A stretch of DNA of 64,000 nucleotides from positions 160,001-224,000 of the forward strand of contig CANJVR010000004.1 of the NCBI GenBank assembly GCA_947478395.1. The letters are read 5' to 3'. This document shows positions 9,229 through 18,600 of this stretch, piece by piece. The notes under the pieces are model-generated. The model was given only the letters and a program-made list of their open reading frames with translations. It ran no database searches and had not been told where the DNA came from. Source of the DNA: Opitutia bacterium (GTDB lineage Bacteria > Verrucomicrobiota > Verrucomicrobiia > Opitutales > Opitutaceae). Both the position numbers and the translations under genes were made by a program. Numbering within the stretch: position 1 is the first letter of the stretch; each line of letters begins with the position of its first letter.

Positions 9229-9411
9229 GGAAGCCCCGGACGGGGTCAGGTTGCCCATTTCCCCCTGTTGACCGGAGACCGTTCGAGGAGCTGCGGGCGG
9301 AAGTTTTAGGCTGCGGCTCCGAATAGCTTTTCAAGCGACGGTCGACGCGGAGATTTTCTTGGAGTCACTTCGCGCTCCGTTGGTCGGGGCGGGAAATGGG
9401 CAACCTGACTC
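9229..9411. mobile_element. Small MITE-like element with 19-bp perfect inverted repeats
   Basis: GTCAGGTTGCCCATTTCCC (9245-9263) and GGGAAATGGGCAACCTGAC (9391-9409); no ORF; abuts the integrase break. Confidence 0.65.
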
Positions 9412-9599
9412 CCTCCGACAACTCAATTTATTTTTTCACAAACCGAATTTCAAATTCATCTTAATTGTTATATAACCGAATTAAATCACTCGTCGAAAAT
9501 TTAATCGAATAAGGGGTAGCCGACATATAACAAATCACATCGCTAAAAAGTTTTTCGGAAGCACATTAGCATCCTTCGTGAGTCACTATATTGCGAAAT

Positions 9600-10469
9600 T
9601 TACGCGAGCTCAACGCGGGCGTTTGTTTCAATTATGTTTTTTAACCAAGCACGGAGTTTTTTCTGATCAAAGCAGCCCGCAATTTCCACATTGCCAGCGA
9701 TATATCCAGTCGCGCCGTCAAGCTGTAGTTCCGTAACGGTTACTCTTGCGACTTCGTCGTCACAAGTCAAAAGGTCTGGTCTTGCTGAAAAATCGAGTAT
9801 AAAAGTAAAGAAATATGTTGAGTTTGTATCAACCGATGATTTGCCATAAATTTCCTTGGCGCTACCACTCATGTTGCGATATCCGATTTGCTCCTTGTAA
9901 TATACCGCAAACTCTTTGAGGTCAGATATAGCTACTTCATCATACATGACTTTAACTCCATCTTGAAAGACAAAGTCCGCTGGAGTTCCATTGCTATTCC
10001 AGCCTTCCTCATACATGTTGAACATGTTGCTATCAAACAGTTGCTGGATTGAATCTTCCTCGTAGTTTTTTGGTATTTTCATATCAATTTCGTTTTCTTC
10101 GTCTTCAACTTGATTTTCTACTACTAATTCTTCTAAACTATTTTCATCAGTATCCGGTTTCGACATAAGACTAGATTTACCTGAGGCATTAATTTTTGTT
10201 TTTCCAGACAACCATGCGGGCAAGGTCTCGACGGTTTCAGCTAAATATCCATCCGCTATTTTTCTTAACACAAAGTTCTTATTGTAAGTTAACGCTAAAT
10301 ATAAATTCCAAAACCATAATAGGAAAACATTAGGAATAATATTTAAGACGAAAACCTTGGGCTCGCCTTTTAGTAATGGGATAAATGAACCGATCAATAG
10401 GCAGCCGATATTAAAACCAATTGGCGCATATACATCCTTTTTTTCGGGGTGGGTTAATTTGATTTTCAT
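9600..10469 (-). CDS. AT-rich membrane protein: DUF2628/HrgC-like N-terminus plus acidic C-terminal domain
   Basis: APIGFNIGCLLIGSFIPLLKGE...YNKNFVLRKIADGY; AT-rich codon usage unlike the host. Confidence 0.55.
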   Translation of the reverse strand: MKIKLTHPEKKDVYAPIGFNIGCLLIGSFIPLLKGEPKVFVLNIIPNVFLLWFWNLYLALTYNKNFVLRKIADGYLAETVETLPAWLSGKTKINASGKSSLMSKPDTDENSLEELVVENQVEDEENEIDMKIPKNYEEDSIQQLFDSNMFNMYEEGWNSNGTPADFVFQDGVKVMYDEVAISDLKEFAVYYKEQIGYRNMSGSAKEIYGKSSVDTNSTYFFTFILDFSARPDLLTCDDEVARVTVTELQLDGATGYIAGNVEIAGCFDQKKLRAWLKNIIETNARVELA

Positions 10470-10765
10470 AAACTTTTTTAAGGCTTAAAATAGATCATAA
10501 CGGTGTTTGGCGACGCGGTATTCCGAAAGGGGCAAATCGAATAAGGGGGTGATCGATTCGTAATCTATCAAACAGCTGCATTTTTTCGCGTAAAGCCAAT
10601 TAGGCTCTTCTTAAACTATTGTTCGAAATTACTTGCTGCCCATATAACGTAACTGTGCATCAACGATATGCACTAATAAGCTAATAATAATTAGGCGATT
10701 TCACACTCGAACAAGCGTCCTCCTGACCTTTTCACAAAGAGCGAAGCTCTAGTTCATACCGACTT

Positions 10766-11235
10766 TCACGGTCCTGTTTTCTTGCTTTCCCCCTGAAGTA
10801 TTTTTCGTAGCTCAGACGCAACATCTGCATCTTGGAGCATACCTAAATCCTGAGCCAAGACTACGACGTTTTTACTCCTCAATCCCACAGCAAACCCCGA
10901 CAAATAACCGCCGCTTCCTGCGCTGCGAACGGAAATGATCAGTACATTGGTCGAATCACCATTAAGGTCGAGCAACTCAACCTTTTCAATCTGACCATCC
11001 CGTTCTATGAGGATTCCACCCGCAAAATCATCGGCGTCTAATCCTTTTTTCGCCTCTTCGTCGTCAGCTTGGTAAAACCTAACTGTGAAAGACCCAGTTG
11101 AGAGCGGTTCGAAGTTACCTTCCGCAACAACCGCCGTCAGCTCCTTGGAAATCCTGATTTTTTTCACATATCGGCCTTCGGCTCCTTGAGTTGAAGCCAT
11201 AAAACAAAGAGCTAAAAAAATAGGGCCTATTTCAT
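10766..11235 (-). pseudogene. PliI-family lysozyme inhibitor with frameshifted signal peptide
   Basis: VVAEGNFEPLSTGSFTVRFY...RDGQIEKVELLDLNGD...VRSAGSGGYLS. ATG AAA at 11235 is followed by TAG; one extra A would give MKIGPIFLALCFMASTQGA|EG. Confidence 0.7.
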
Positions 11236-11554
11236 AGTTGATTCAAAGATTACCAGACTAGCTGAGACATTTACAGGTACACCCCAAAGAAATTAGCCCC
11301 AGCAAAGCCCGTCTAAGCCAAAATATGGCAGAAATCGCAAATCTCGCAGTCCAGCCTCAAGTCCGCTTTCTCTGCACTCATTTCCAATCCGTTCCACTCA
11401 TCCATTTTTAATTCGAAGTAAGAACGTCGCCCTGCCCCCGATTGAATTAAACTTTTTTGGGATCTTTTGGAAATACAGGGGCGTCTAGGTGGTGATTACT
11501 CGGAAGGTGGGTCCAAAAATAAATTTAAGCCGATAAAGTTCTTGATTTAATTAA

Positions 11555-12058
11555 ATGTCCGTGAACGTTCAAAATAGTACCAATCACGAAGGTTTTGCTA
11601 GGGAGCCGTTAAAAATTATGGATCAAACAACAATTCTCAAAGAGGTGTCCGAATCAGTGGAAGCTTATCGAGAACATCCAGAATTCTTCGACGATGCTGA
11701 AATCACCATGGCGGCTGTTCGATATAGCGGAAGTTCGCTTGAGTTCGCCTCAACGAGACTTCGAGATAATGATAAGATTGTGCTTGCCGCTATAAGCGAA
11801 GATAAAGACGCACTAGAATTTGCGTCAGACCGGTTAAAGGCGCATAAAAAGACCGTTTTACATTCTGTCAAAATCTGGGGGTCTTCGCTACAATTCGCGA
11901 GTCTTGATCTTCAGGGTGATAAAACTTTAGTTCTTACGGCAATCAAAGTGAGAGCATCTGCCATTCAATACGCTTCCCCTGAATTAAAAGCCGATAAAGC
12001 GTTTATTAAGTCGGCTAGGAAGATTGACGACGGTGTCGATGAATATTTGCAAGTTTGA
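11555..12058 (+). CDS. DUF4116-repeat protein
   Basis: Repeated ~25-aa units (AVRYSGSSLEFASTRLRDNDKIVLAA / ALEFASDRLKA / SLQFASLDLQGDKTLVLTA / AIQYASPELKADK). Start may be 11618. Confidence 0.8.
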   Translation: MSVNVQNSTNHEGFAREPLKIMDQTTILKEVSESVEAYREHPEFFDDAEITMAAVRYSGSSLEFASTRLRDNDKIVLAAISEDKDALEFASDRLKAHKKTVLHSVKIWGSSLQFASLDLQGDKTLVLTAIKVRASAIQYASPELKADKAFIKSARKIDDGVDEYLQV

Positions 12059-12119
12059 ATGTAGGTTCTCATTGGCGAAACTAGTCATCAGGTGTAGAGA
12101 CCAGCTGCGGTGATCCCCC

Positions 12120-12284
12120 GAAATCCGGGCCGATCCGAAAATCAGAGAGAACCGTCGAAAGATCCTTCTGCAGTATTGCGAGGTCGATGCGGCCGCAATG
12201 GTCATGATCTGGAAGCATTGGATTACGCAGCTGCTTGAACTGACCGCAAAAACTAAACAACCCCCTCCCATTTATGTAACCTAA
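12120..12284 (+). pseudogene. Isolated C-terminal remnant of a DUF2779-type protein
   Basis: Hand translation EIRADPKIRENRRKILLQYCEVDAAAMVMIWKHW..., preceded by an in-frame TGA at 12111 and lacking a start. Confidence 0.55.
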
Positions 12285-12334
12285 TTTAGTTGATCCATTG
12301 TCCAAAGGAAGGGGTCTGCCTCACAAATATACAC

Positions 12335-13210
12335 ATGAATTTACATCCAATCAACGAGTCCATACTGGATTTGTATCAGTCATATCGTGACGGCAGTACA
12401 AGTGATCTTTTTGACCTGAAAATTCCTATGTTTTACGGAGTAATGGCACCTCGAAAGATGCTCATAATTGGCGCAAACCCATCCTTTTCCAAGGCAGAGG
12501 AACAGCATGAAAACATCATCAAATGGTCTGCGGAGCTGAATGGGCAGAAGCCATTTAAAACAAAGGAGGACTTTGATACTTTTTTTGGGTCAAGAGATAA
12601 TTTAGACGCAGTAGACAAAAACACAGCAGTGCAAGTTCAGGAGCTTTTCGTTCTGAAGTACAAAAATTATTTCCATGAAAAACTCGATCATCTTGCATAC
12701 GCGTGGGGGCAAGATAGAGAATCTATCAGTTTCAACACTCGGCCATGGAACTATATAGATGTCTTTCAGAGTAGGATCACGAAGTTGGACGAGCTGAAAC
12801 GGCGAATTCAGAAGGAGGAGCGGTCACCCAAGGTCGCGGGAACCACGTTCCAGAAGGAATCGGTAAAGATGGCATGTGAGCTTGTTTTGTCTGCTAATCC
12901 CGAGGTTATCGTAGTTTTGAACGCGTATTCCTGCAAGGTTTTGACGAAGCATGCTAGTGACCTTTTCCCTCCGATGTGCAGAGTCGACGTTAGGACAGGA
13001 GCCGTGCACAGCAACGGCCGGAATGGGCAGCTACGCGGTGTTCCAATATTTTACGCTTCGATGGTCACAGGACAGAGGGCCATCGACTTGGGAAGTTATC
13101 TGCGCTTGCAATGGTCAATAGCCCACGCGTCTGGCCGTCTCGCTCAGGATCCTTCCTGGAAACCTGTGCTTCCGAGCAAGGACGATGGTGAAAATACTCA
13201 TGATTCTTAG
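12335..13210 (+). CDS. Hypothetical protein, possible uracil-DNA-glycosylase-superfamily fold
   Basis: MLIIGANPS near the N-terminus, ANPEVIVVLN, C-terminal TGQRAIDLGSYLRLQWSI. Confidence 0.5.
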   Translation: MNLHPINESILDLYQSYRDGSTSDLFDLKIPMFYGVMAPRKMLIIGANPSFSKAEEQHENIIKWSAELNGQKPFKTKEDFDTFFGSRDNLDAVDKNTAVQVQELFVLKYKNYFHEKLDHLAYAWGQDRESISFNTRPWNYIDVFQSRITKLDELKRRIQKEERSPKVAGTTFQKESVKMACELVLSANPEVIVVLNAYSCKVLTKHASDLFPPMCRVDVRTGAVHSNGRNGQLRGVPIFYASMVTGQRAIDLGSYLRLQWSIAHASGRLAQDPSWKPVLPSKDDGENTHDS

Positions 13211-13341
13211 GTAAGTTACGGGGCCTAGTGGCACAGCTGCACGGTGGCCAATTCCTGTCACTGAAATCCAGTCATTGGGTTCGGCTATGACCGTAACCGC
13301 GATCACGCCGTTGGGGCCGGACGCTGGACAACGTCTTCGTC

Positions 13342-13480
13342 GGAAGCCCCGGACGTGGTCAAGTTGCCCATTTCCCCTATTGACCGGAGAATTTTCGAGA
13401 AGCTGCGGGCGGAACATTGCGTGGCGAAGGCTAAGGCCGCGATCGAGCGTTTTTCAAACGACGTGGATATTTTCCATGGC
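13342..13480. repeat. Second, degenerate direct copy of the 9229 element (no right IR seen)
   Basis: GGAAGCCCCGGACGTGGTCAAGTTGCCCATTTCCCCTATTGACCGGAGA...GAGAAGCTGCGGGCGGAA closely matches 9229-9302; weaker similarity continues to ~13480. Confidence 0.8.
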
Positions 13481-13518
13481 TCGTGATCGAGCTGGAGGCG
13501 CGGAGGATAAGTGGCTTA

Positions 13519-13596
13519 ATCTCCGCGCAAAATGCGGAGATGGTTCTTGTTTGTGCGGAGATAACGGAGCAGATTCGCCGCATAACCTGCGGAGAT
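13519..13596 (+). promoter_or_regulatory. TGCGGAGAT operator-like array upstream of fic
   Basis: ATCTCCGC-N7-GCGGAGAT palindrome (13519-13541), TGCGGAGAT at 13554, and ATTCGCCGCA-N5-TGCGGAGAT ending 4 nt before the ATG. Confidence 0.6.
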
Positions 13597-13600
13597 TAAA

Positions 13601-14719
13601 ATGTACATCCACCAACGCCAAAATTGGCCTCACTTTACCTGGAACGATGCCGTCATCACAACGCTGCTGAGCGATGTTCGGCATGCTCAAGGTCGCCTGC
13701 TCGGCCAGATGGAAGCTTTGGGTTTCCCTCTTCGACAGGAAGCGTCCTGGGTGACCCTCACTCAGGACGTGCTCAAGACAAGCGAGATTGAGGGTGAGAA
13801 ACTGGATACGCAGCAGGTGCGCTCTTCCATTGCTCGGCGCATGGGTATTGAGATCGCGGCTTTACCCTCTGTGGATCGCAGCGTTGAGGGGATCGTTGAA
13901 GTCATGCTTGATGCAACGGGCCGCCAGCGGGAGCCGCTGGATGAAGAGCGGCTTTTTGGGTGGCATGCCGCCTTGTTTCCCACGGGAAGAAGCGGCTCTG
14001 TGCGCATCACGGTCGGGAATTGGCGCAACGAGCAGAGCGGTCCGATGCAAGTCGTCTCGGGCGCCGATGGACGCGAAAGAGTTCATTTCGAGGCGCCTTC
14101 GCACGACAGGCTAAAACCTGAAATGACCCAGTTTCTCGCATGGCTAAATTCCACGCCGGCAACGGATCTAGTCCTCATGTCTGCCCTGGCGCATTTCTAC
14201 TTCGTTACGATCCATCCCTTCGACGACGGCAATGGGCGTATCGCCCGCGCCATTGCGGACATGATCCTTGCTCGCTCGGAGAACAGCTCACAGCGGTTTT
14301 ATAGCATGTCTGCTCAAATCCTGCAGGAGCGAAACGCTTACTACGATATCCTGGAGGCCTGTCAGCGAGGCGGCCTGAACATCTCGGCTTGGATTGAATG
14401 GTATCTTAACTGCCTCAAACGGGCGATAGGTTCGTCAAACGAAGTCCTCGGCCTCGTCTTGAAAAAGGCGACATTTTGGCAGCGTCGCGAGGGCGAGACG
14501 TTCAACGAGCGTCAGCGGGCCATCCTCAATCGGCTGTTCGACGGTTTTGAGGGAAAGCTCACCTCGTCCAAATGGGCGAAGCTGGCAAAATGCTCTCAGG
14601 ATACGGCTAACCGTGACATTTCTGATCTGATAAAGCGGCGGGTCCTCGTGAAAGATGAAGCGGGGGGGCGCAGCACCAGCTATTCGCTAAAAGAAGGTGC
14701 CGAGCCGGCAAAATCCTAG
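13601..14719 (+). CDS. Fic family protein (DUF4172 N-terminus, C-terminal HTH)
   Basis: MYIHQRQNWPHFTW start, TSEIEGE inhibitory motif, HPFDDGNGRIAR Fic motif, SQDTANRDISDL HTH. Confidence 0.95.
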   Translation: MYIHQRQNWPHFTWNDAVITTLLSDVRHAQGRLLGQMEALGFPLRQEASWVTLTQDVLKTSEIEGEKLDTQQVRSSIARRMGIEIAALPSVDRSVEGIVEVMLDATGRQREPLDEERLFGWHAALFPTGRSGSVRITVGNWRNEQSGPMQVVSGADGRERVHFEAPSHDRLKPEMTQFLAWLNSTPATDLVLMSALAHFYFVTIHPFDDGNGRIARAIADMILARSENSSQRFYSMSAQILQERNAYYDILEACQRGGLNISAWIEWYLNCLKRAIGSSNEVLGLVLKKATFWQRREGETFNERQRAILNRLFDGFEGKLTSSKWAKLAKCSQDTANRDISDLIKRRVLVKDEAGGRSTSYSLKEGAEPAKS

Positions 14720-14809
14720 AACGGATCAGCGTCGAAAATCCGCGGTCGCTGCGATTGAAGTCGTCAAAAGTGGTCAGCGGTTGGCGCTGCTGCGGAATGT
14801 AGGCAGGCC

Positions 14810-14845
14810 TTGACTACTCGCACATTTAAATGTCATTTTAAGTGC
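14810..14845 (+). promoter_or_regulatory. Probable TA promoter/operator
   Basis: TTGACT at 14810 and perfect palindrome ACATTTAAATGT (14822-14833) just before ATG 14846. Confidence 0.5.
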
Positions 14846-15205
14846 ATGGAAACTGTTTCTGTCACCACCGCCCGCCAGAATCTTGGGGCTTGGTTGGCCC
14901 GCGCCGCCAAGGGCGAGGAAATCGGCATCATCTCCGGCTCGCAAATCATCGCCCTGCGCCCGGTGGCAGTAACCGCAGCAGACTACGCCTTCCAGGAATA
15001 CGGCCTCAAGCCGGACGAGATGAACCGCATCACCGCTAAGCTCCATGAAGAAGTTTCTACCGCCGCCGCCATCCCCTACGCCGGCAGCCTCGCCGCCGCC
15101 CTCGCAGCAGCAGGTGCTGCTGACCAAAAGGTTTCTCGCCCTAGCAAAGGATCTGCCCGCCACCGCGCATCCAGCAATCGACGCCGCGCTCCGCTTACTG
15201 CCTGA
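14846..15205 (+). CDS. Phd/YefM-like antitoxin
   Basis: METVSVTTARQNLGAWLARAAKGEEIGII is a typical Phd N-terminus. Confidence 0.75.
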   Translation: METVSVTTARQNLGAWLARAAKGEEIGIISGSQIIALRPVAVTAADYAFQEYGLKPDEMNRITAKLHEEVSTAAAIPYAGSLAAALAAAGAADQKVSRPSKGSARHRASSNRRRAPLTA

Positions 15206-15386
15206 AACGTGGGGACGACCCCACGCGCACCGGGGCGCTAGCGTGCGCGTGCTCTCACGCGGTGCCTATGAGATACGGGCCGGCCTTGCCCTACGTATCA
15301 TTTTTCTACCCATCGGCGACGAATTGCGCTGCGACTTCATCGGCACTCACGCCGAGGTTGAACGGTACCTGCGGAATCGCGCTTGA
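15045..15386 (+). CDS. RelE/ParE-superfamily toxin-like protein
   Basis: VLLTKRFL...YEIRAGLALRIIF...FIGTHAEV; overlaps the antitoxin. True start may be the GTG near 15114. Confidence 0.65.
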   Translation: MKKFLPPPPSPTPAASPPPSQQQVLLTKRFLALAKDLPATAHPAIDAALRLLPETWGRPHAHRGASVRVLSRGAYEIRAGLALRIIFLPIGDELRCDFIGTHAEVERYLRNRA

Positions 15387-15624
15387 GCGTATATCCGGCC
15401 CCCCCCAAAAGCCTGTGGGCCCACCATTGTCGCGAAGTGGATTATGAAAATGAGGCGATCGAAGTCCCGAGATGAAGACCATGGCCCCCCTCTAATTAGG
15501 GGTGAAATCCCGCGCGCAGCTGCTAGTGCGTCCGCGCGGTCGCTCTCCTTTGGCCGCCCCGGTTTTACCCGTCCCCGAATCCAGCGTTCTGCGAACTATT
15601 CATCCCGTTAAAAGATTTCTCTGT

Positions 15625-18600
15625 ATGCGCTTACTCCCCGGTTATCCCATTTTTCAACGTCTCCGGCTGGTCTTGGCCGGGTTGTTTGTTGCCACGACGA
15701 TTCGGGCGGCAGAGGCCGAGGTCAGCGTTATGCGTCCCGCCGACTGGCAGGACCGCACGACGCTCACGAGCGGTTGGCAATTCGTGCGGAAGGATTTGGG
15801 CGGGGTATGGGAAACTTTGCGCAGCAAGGATCGCGCCCTCGATCTGCCCGCATGGTCCACGGTTGAACTCCCGCACTGTTACAACGCGACCGACGCCGTC
15901 GATCCGGACGGAGCGTACTACCAAGGTCCGGCGTGGTATCGCACCGAACTCAAAATTGAAAATCCCCACGTCAACGGTCGGACGCTGCTTCACTTCGAGG
16001 GGGCGGGACAAAAGGCGCAAATCTGGATCGGAGACGAGAAAGTCTCGGAGCACGTCGGCGGCTACGATGAATTCACGGTCGATATCACTGACGCGATCGC
16101 GCGGTATCGTTCCTCCGCGTTGGCGAAACTTCCCGCCACGGAATCTCGCATCGCCCCCGGATCGGTGCCGTTGGCGGTGCGGTGTGACAACTCACGCGAC
16201 CTGGAAGCGATCCCGTCAAATCTCAGCGATTTTAATCTCTATGGCGGACTCTATCGTCCGGTCCACTTGGTTTACCTGCCTGCCGGGGGTATCACGCGCA
16301 TTCACGCCAAACCGGAACGCCAATCGGACGGTTCATGGCAAGTGAGCGTCTCAGGGCGCTTTGAATCGTCGGTCGTCCAAGACGGACTGCGGTTGGTGAA
16401 AATGCACCTTGTGGGGCCGGACGGGAAAATTCTCGCGGAGGCCGAAGCGCGCATTAACTCCGCCGATGGCGAACAAGCTCTGGCGACGTTCCGGATTCCT
16501 CGCCCCGAGTTGTGGTCGCCCGAAGCGCCTTCGCTTTACGGCATCGAAGTCACGGCGGTCACGTCGGGTGGTCGGAGTCGCGCGTGGGAACGGTTCGGGC
16601 TGCGTTGGTTTGAATTTGTCGATCAAGGGCCGTTCAAGCTGAACGGCACACGCTTGTTATTGCGCGGGACGCATCGCCACGAAGATCACGTGGGTGTTGG
16701 CGCCGCGATGAGTGAGACGCAAATGGAGGCGGAGATGCGACTGATGAAATCGATGGGCGTTAATTTCATTCGGCTCGGACATTATCAACAGTCGCGCCGG
16801 ATTCTGGAGTTGTGCGACGAGTTGGGCATCATCGTGTGGGAGGAAATTCCCTGGTGTCGCGGCGGTCTTGGCGGCGACCGCTACCGCGAGCAAGCGCTCG
16901 CCATGCTGCGCGCCATGATCGGCCAGCACTTCAACCATCCCGCCGTGGTCTTGTGGGGATTGGGGAACGAGAACGACTGGCCCGGCGATTTTGAGGTTTT
17001 CGAACAGGAAAAAATTCGCGCCTTCATGAGTGAGTTGAATGCGCTGGCGCACCGGCTCGATCCCTCGCGGGTCACGGCGATCCGCCGCTGCGATTTTTGC
17101 CGCGATATTCCGGACGTTTACTCGCCTTCCATTTGGGCGGGTTGGTATCGGGGGCAGTTCACCGAGTATCGCGACGTATCGCTCAAGGAGTCGAAGACGG
17201 TGAAACATTTTCTGCACGTCGAATGGGGCGGAGACAGTCACGCGGGGCGATTTGCGGAGGATCCTTATTCCCTTTTGCGCGAGGTGAAGAAGACCGGTGC
17301 GGCGGACGAGCGCGGACTCGAGTTCATGGACATCGGCGGCAATGCGCGCGTTTCGCGCGACGGAGACTGGTCCGAGACCTACATCTGCGACCTAATCGAC
17401 TGGCATCTGAAAGAGCAGGAGAAAATGGATTGGCTCACGGGCTCGGCGATGTGGCCATTCAAGGATTTTTCGACGCCGCTGCGGCCGGACAATCCCGTCC
17501 CGTTCATGAACCAGAAGGGCGCGGTCGAGCGCGATCTGACGCCGAAGGAATCATTTTACGTTTACCAATCCTATTGGACCCGCGAGCCCATGGTGCGAAT
17601 TCACGGCCACGCGTGGGCGGTGCGCTGGGGGAAGGCCGGCGAAAAGCGGATGATGCGAATCTATTCCAATTGCGACGAAGTGGAGCTGTGGCTGAACGGG
17701 ATTTCGCAAGGCGTCCATCGGCGCGATAGTCAGGATTTTCCGGCCGCTGGGCTCCGCTGGCAGTTGGCGTTCGAGGAAGGAATGAACACCGTGCGCACGG
17801 TCGGACGCATAAAAGAAAAAACGGTGAGCGACGAAGTCACCTTTCGGTACGAGACCAGGGCGCCCGGGAAGCCCCACCATTTGCGGCTGCAGGCCTTCGC
17901 GCTGCCCAATCAAGCGTGGCGCATCCAGGCTGAGCTGCTCGACGCCGCCGGCGTCGTCTGCGTCGAGGCGCGCGATTTCGTTCGTTTTGGCCAGACCGGC
18001 GACGGGAAATTATTGGACAATCTGGGTACCGCGCGTGGCTCGCGTTACGTCCAGTTTGCCAACGGTCGCGCCCAGATCGATATCGTGCTCGCCGCGTCGA
18101 TGCATGCGGTCGTGAGTGCGCAGGTGACGGGGATGCCCACCGCATTTATGGGCGTGGACCAGCCGGATGAATCCAAAATTAAGGCGGCAGCGCGGTTGCA
18201 GGCGTCTCCCTCGGCTCAGCTCTTCGCGGACGTGGTAAAAATCGAACGTGACCGCGCCTTGCGGCTGGGGGCCGTGGCGATGAAGGCCGAGCCCGTTTCG
18301 ATCCGATCGGTGCCGTTGCCCGAATTTGCGCGCAAGAGTGGGGCGGTGCCCGGCGACTTTCTTTCCATGGGCGACTACTGGTGGCCGAATCCGGCGAGTA
18401 AAGACGGACTGCCCTACGTGCGGCGCGATGGAGAAACCAACCCCGAGAATTTTGAAACGCATCGGCTCCAGTTGCGCGAAATGCGTGACACCGTGGCGGC
18501 GCTGGCGGCCGCATATTTGGTGTCGAACGACGCGAGCTATGCGAATCGGGCCTCGGCCTGGCTGAAAATGTTCTTCGTCGACCCGGCCACCCGCATGAAT

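Noticed and set aside
12090..12102. AGGTGTAGAGAC resembling the group I intron R element
   Set aside because: No partner S element, P1 or exon context; the same word occurs at ~763 inside the helicase gene, so a chance match is likely.
9412..13341. Integron cassette array
   Set aside because: Genes are in mixed orientation, no RYYYAAC...GTTRRRY boxes were recognised, and the integrase looks phage/IME-type rather than IntI.
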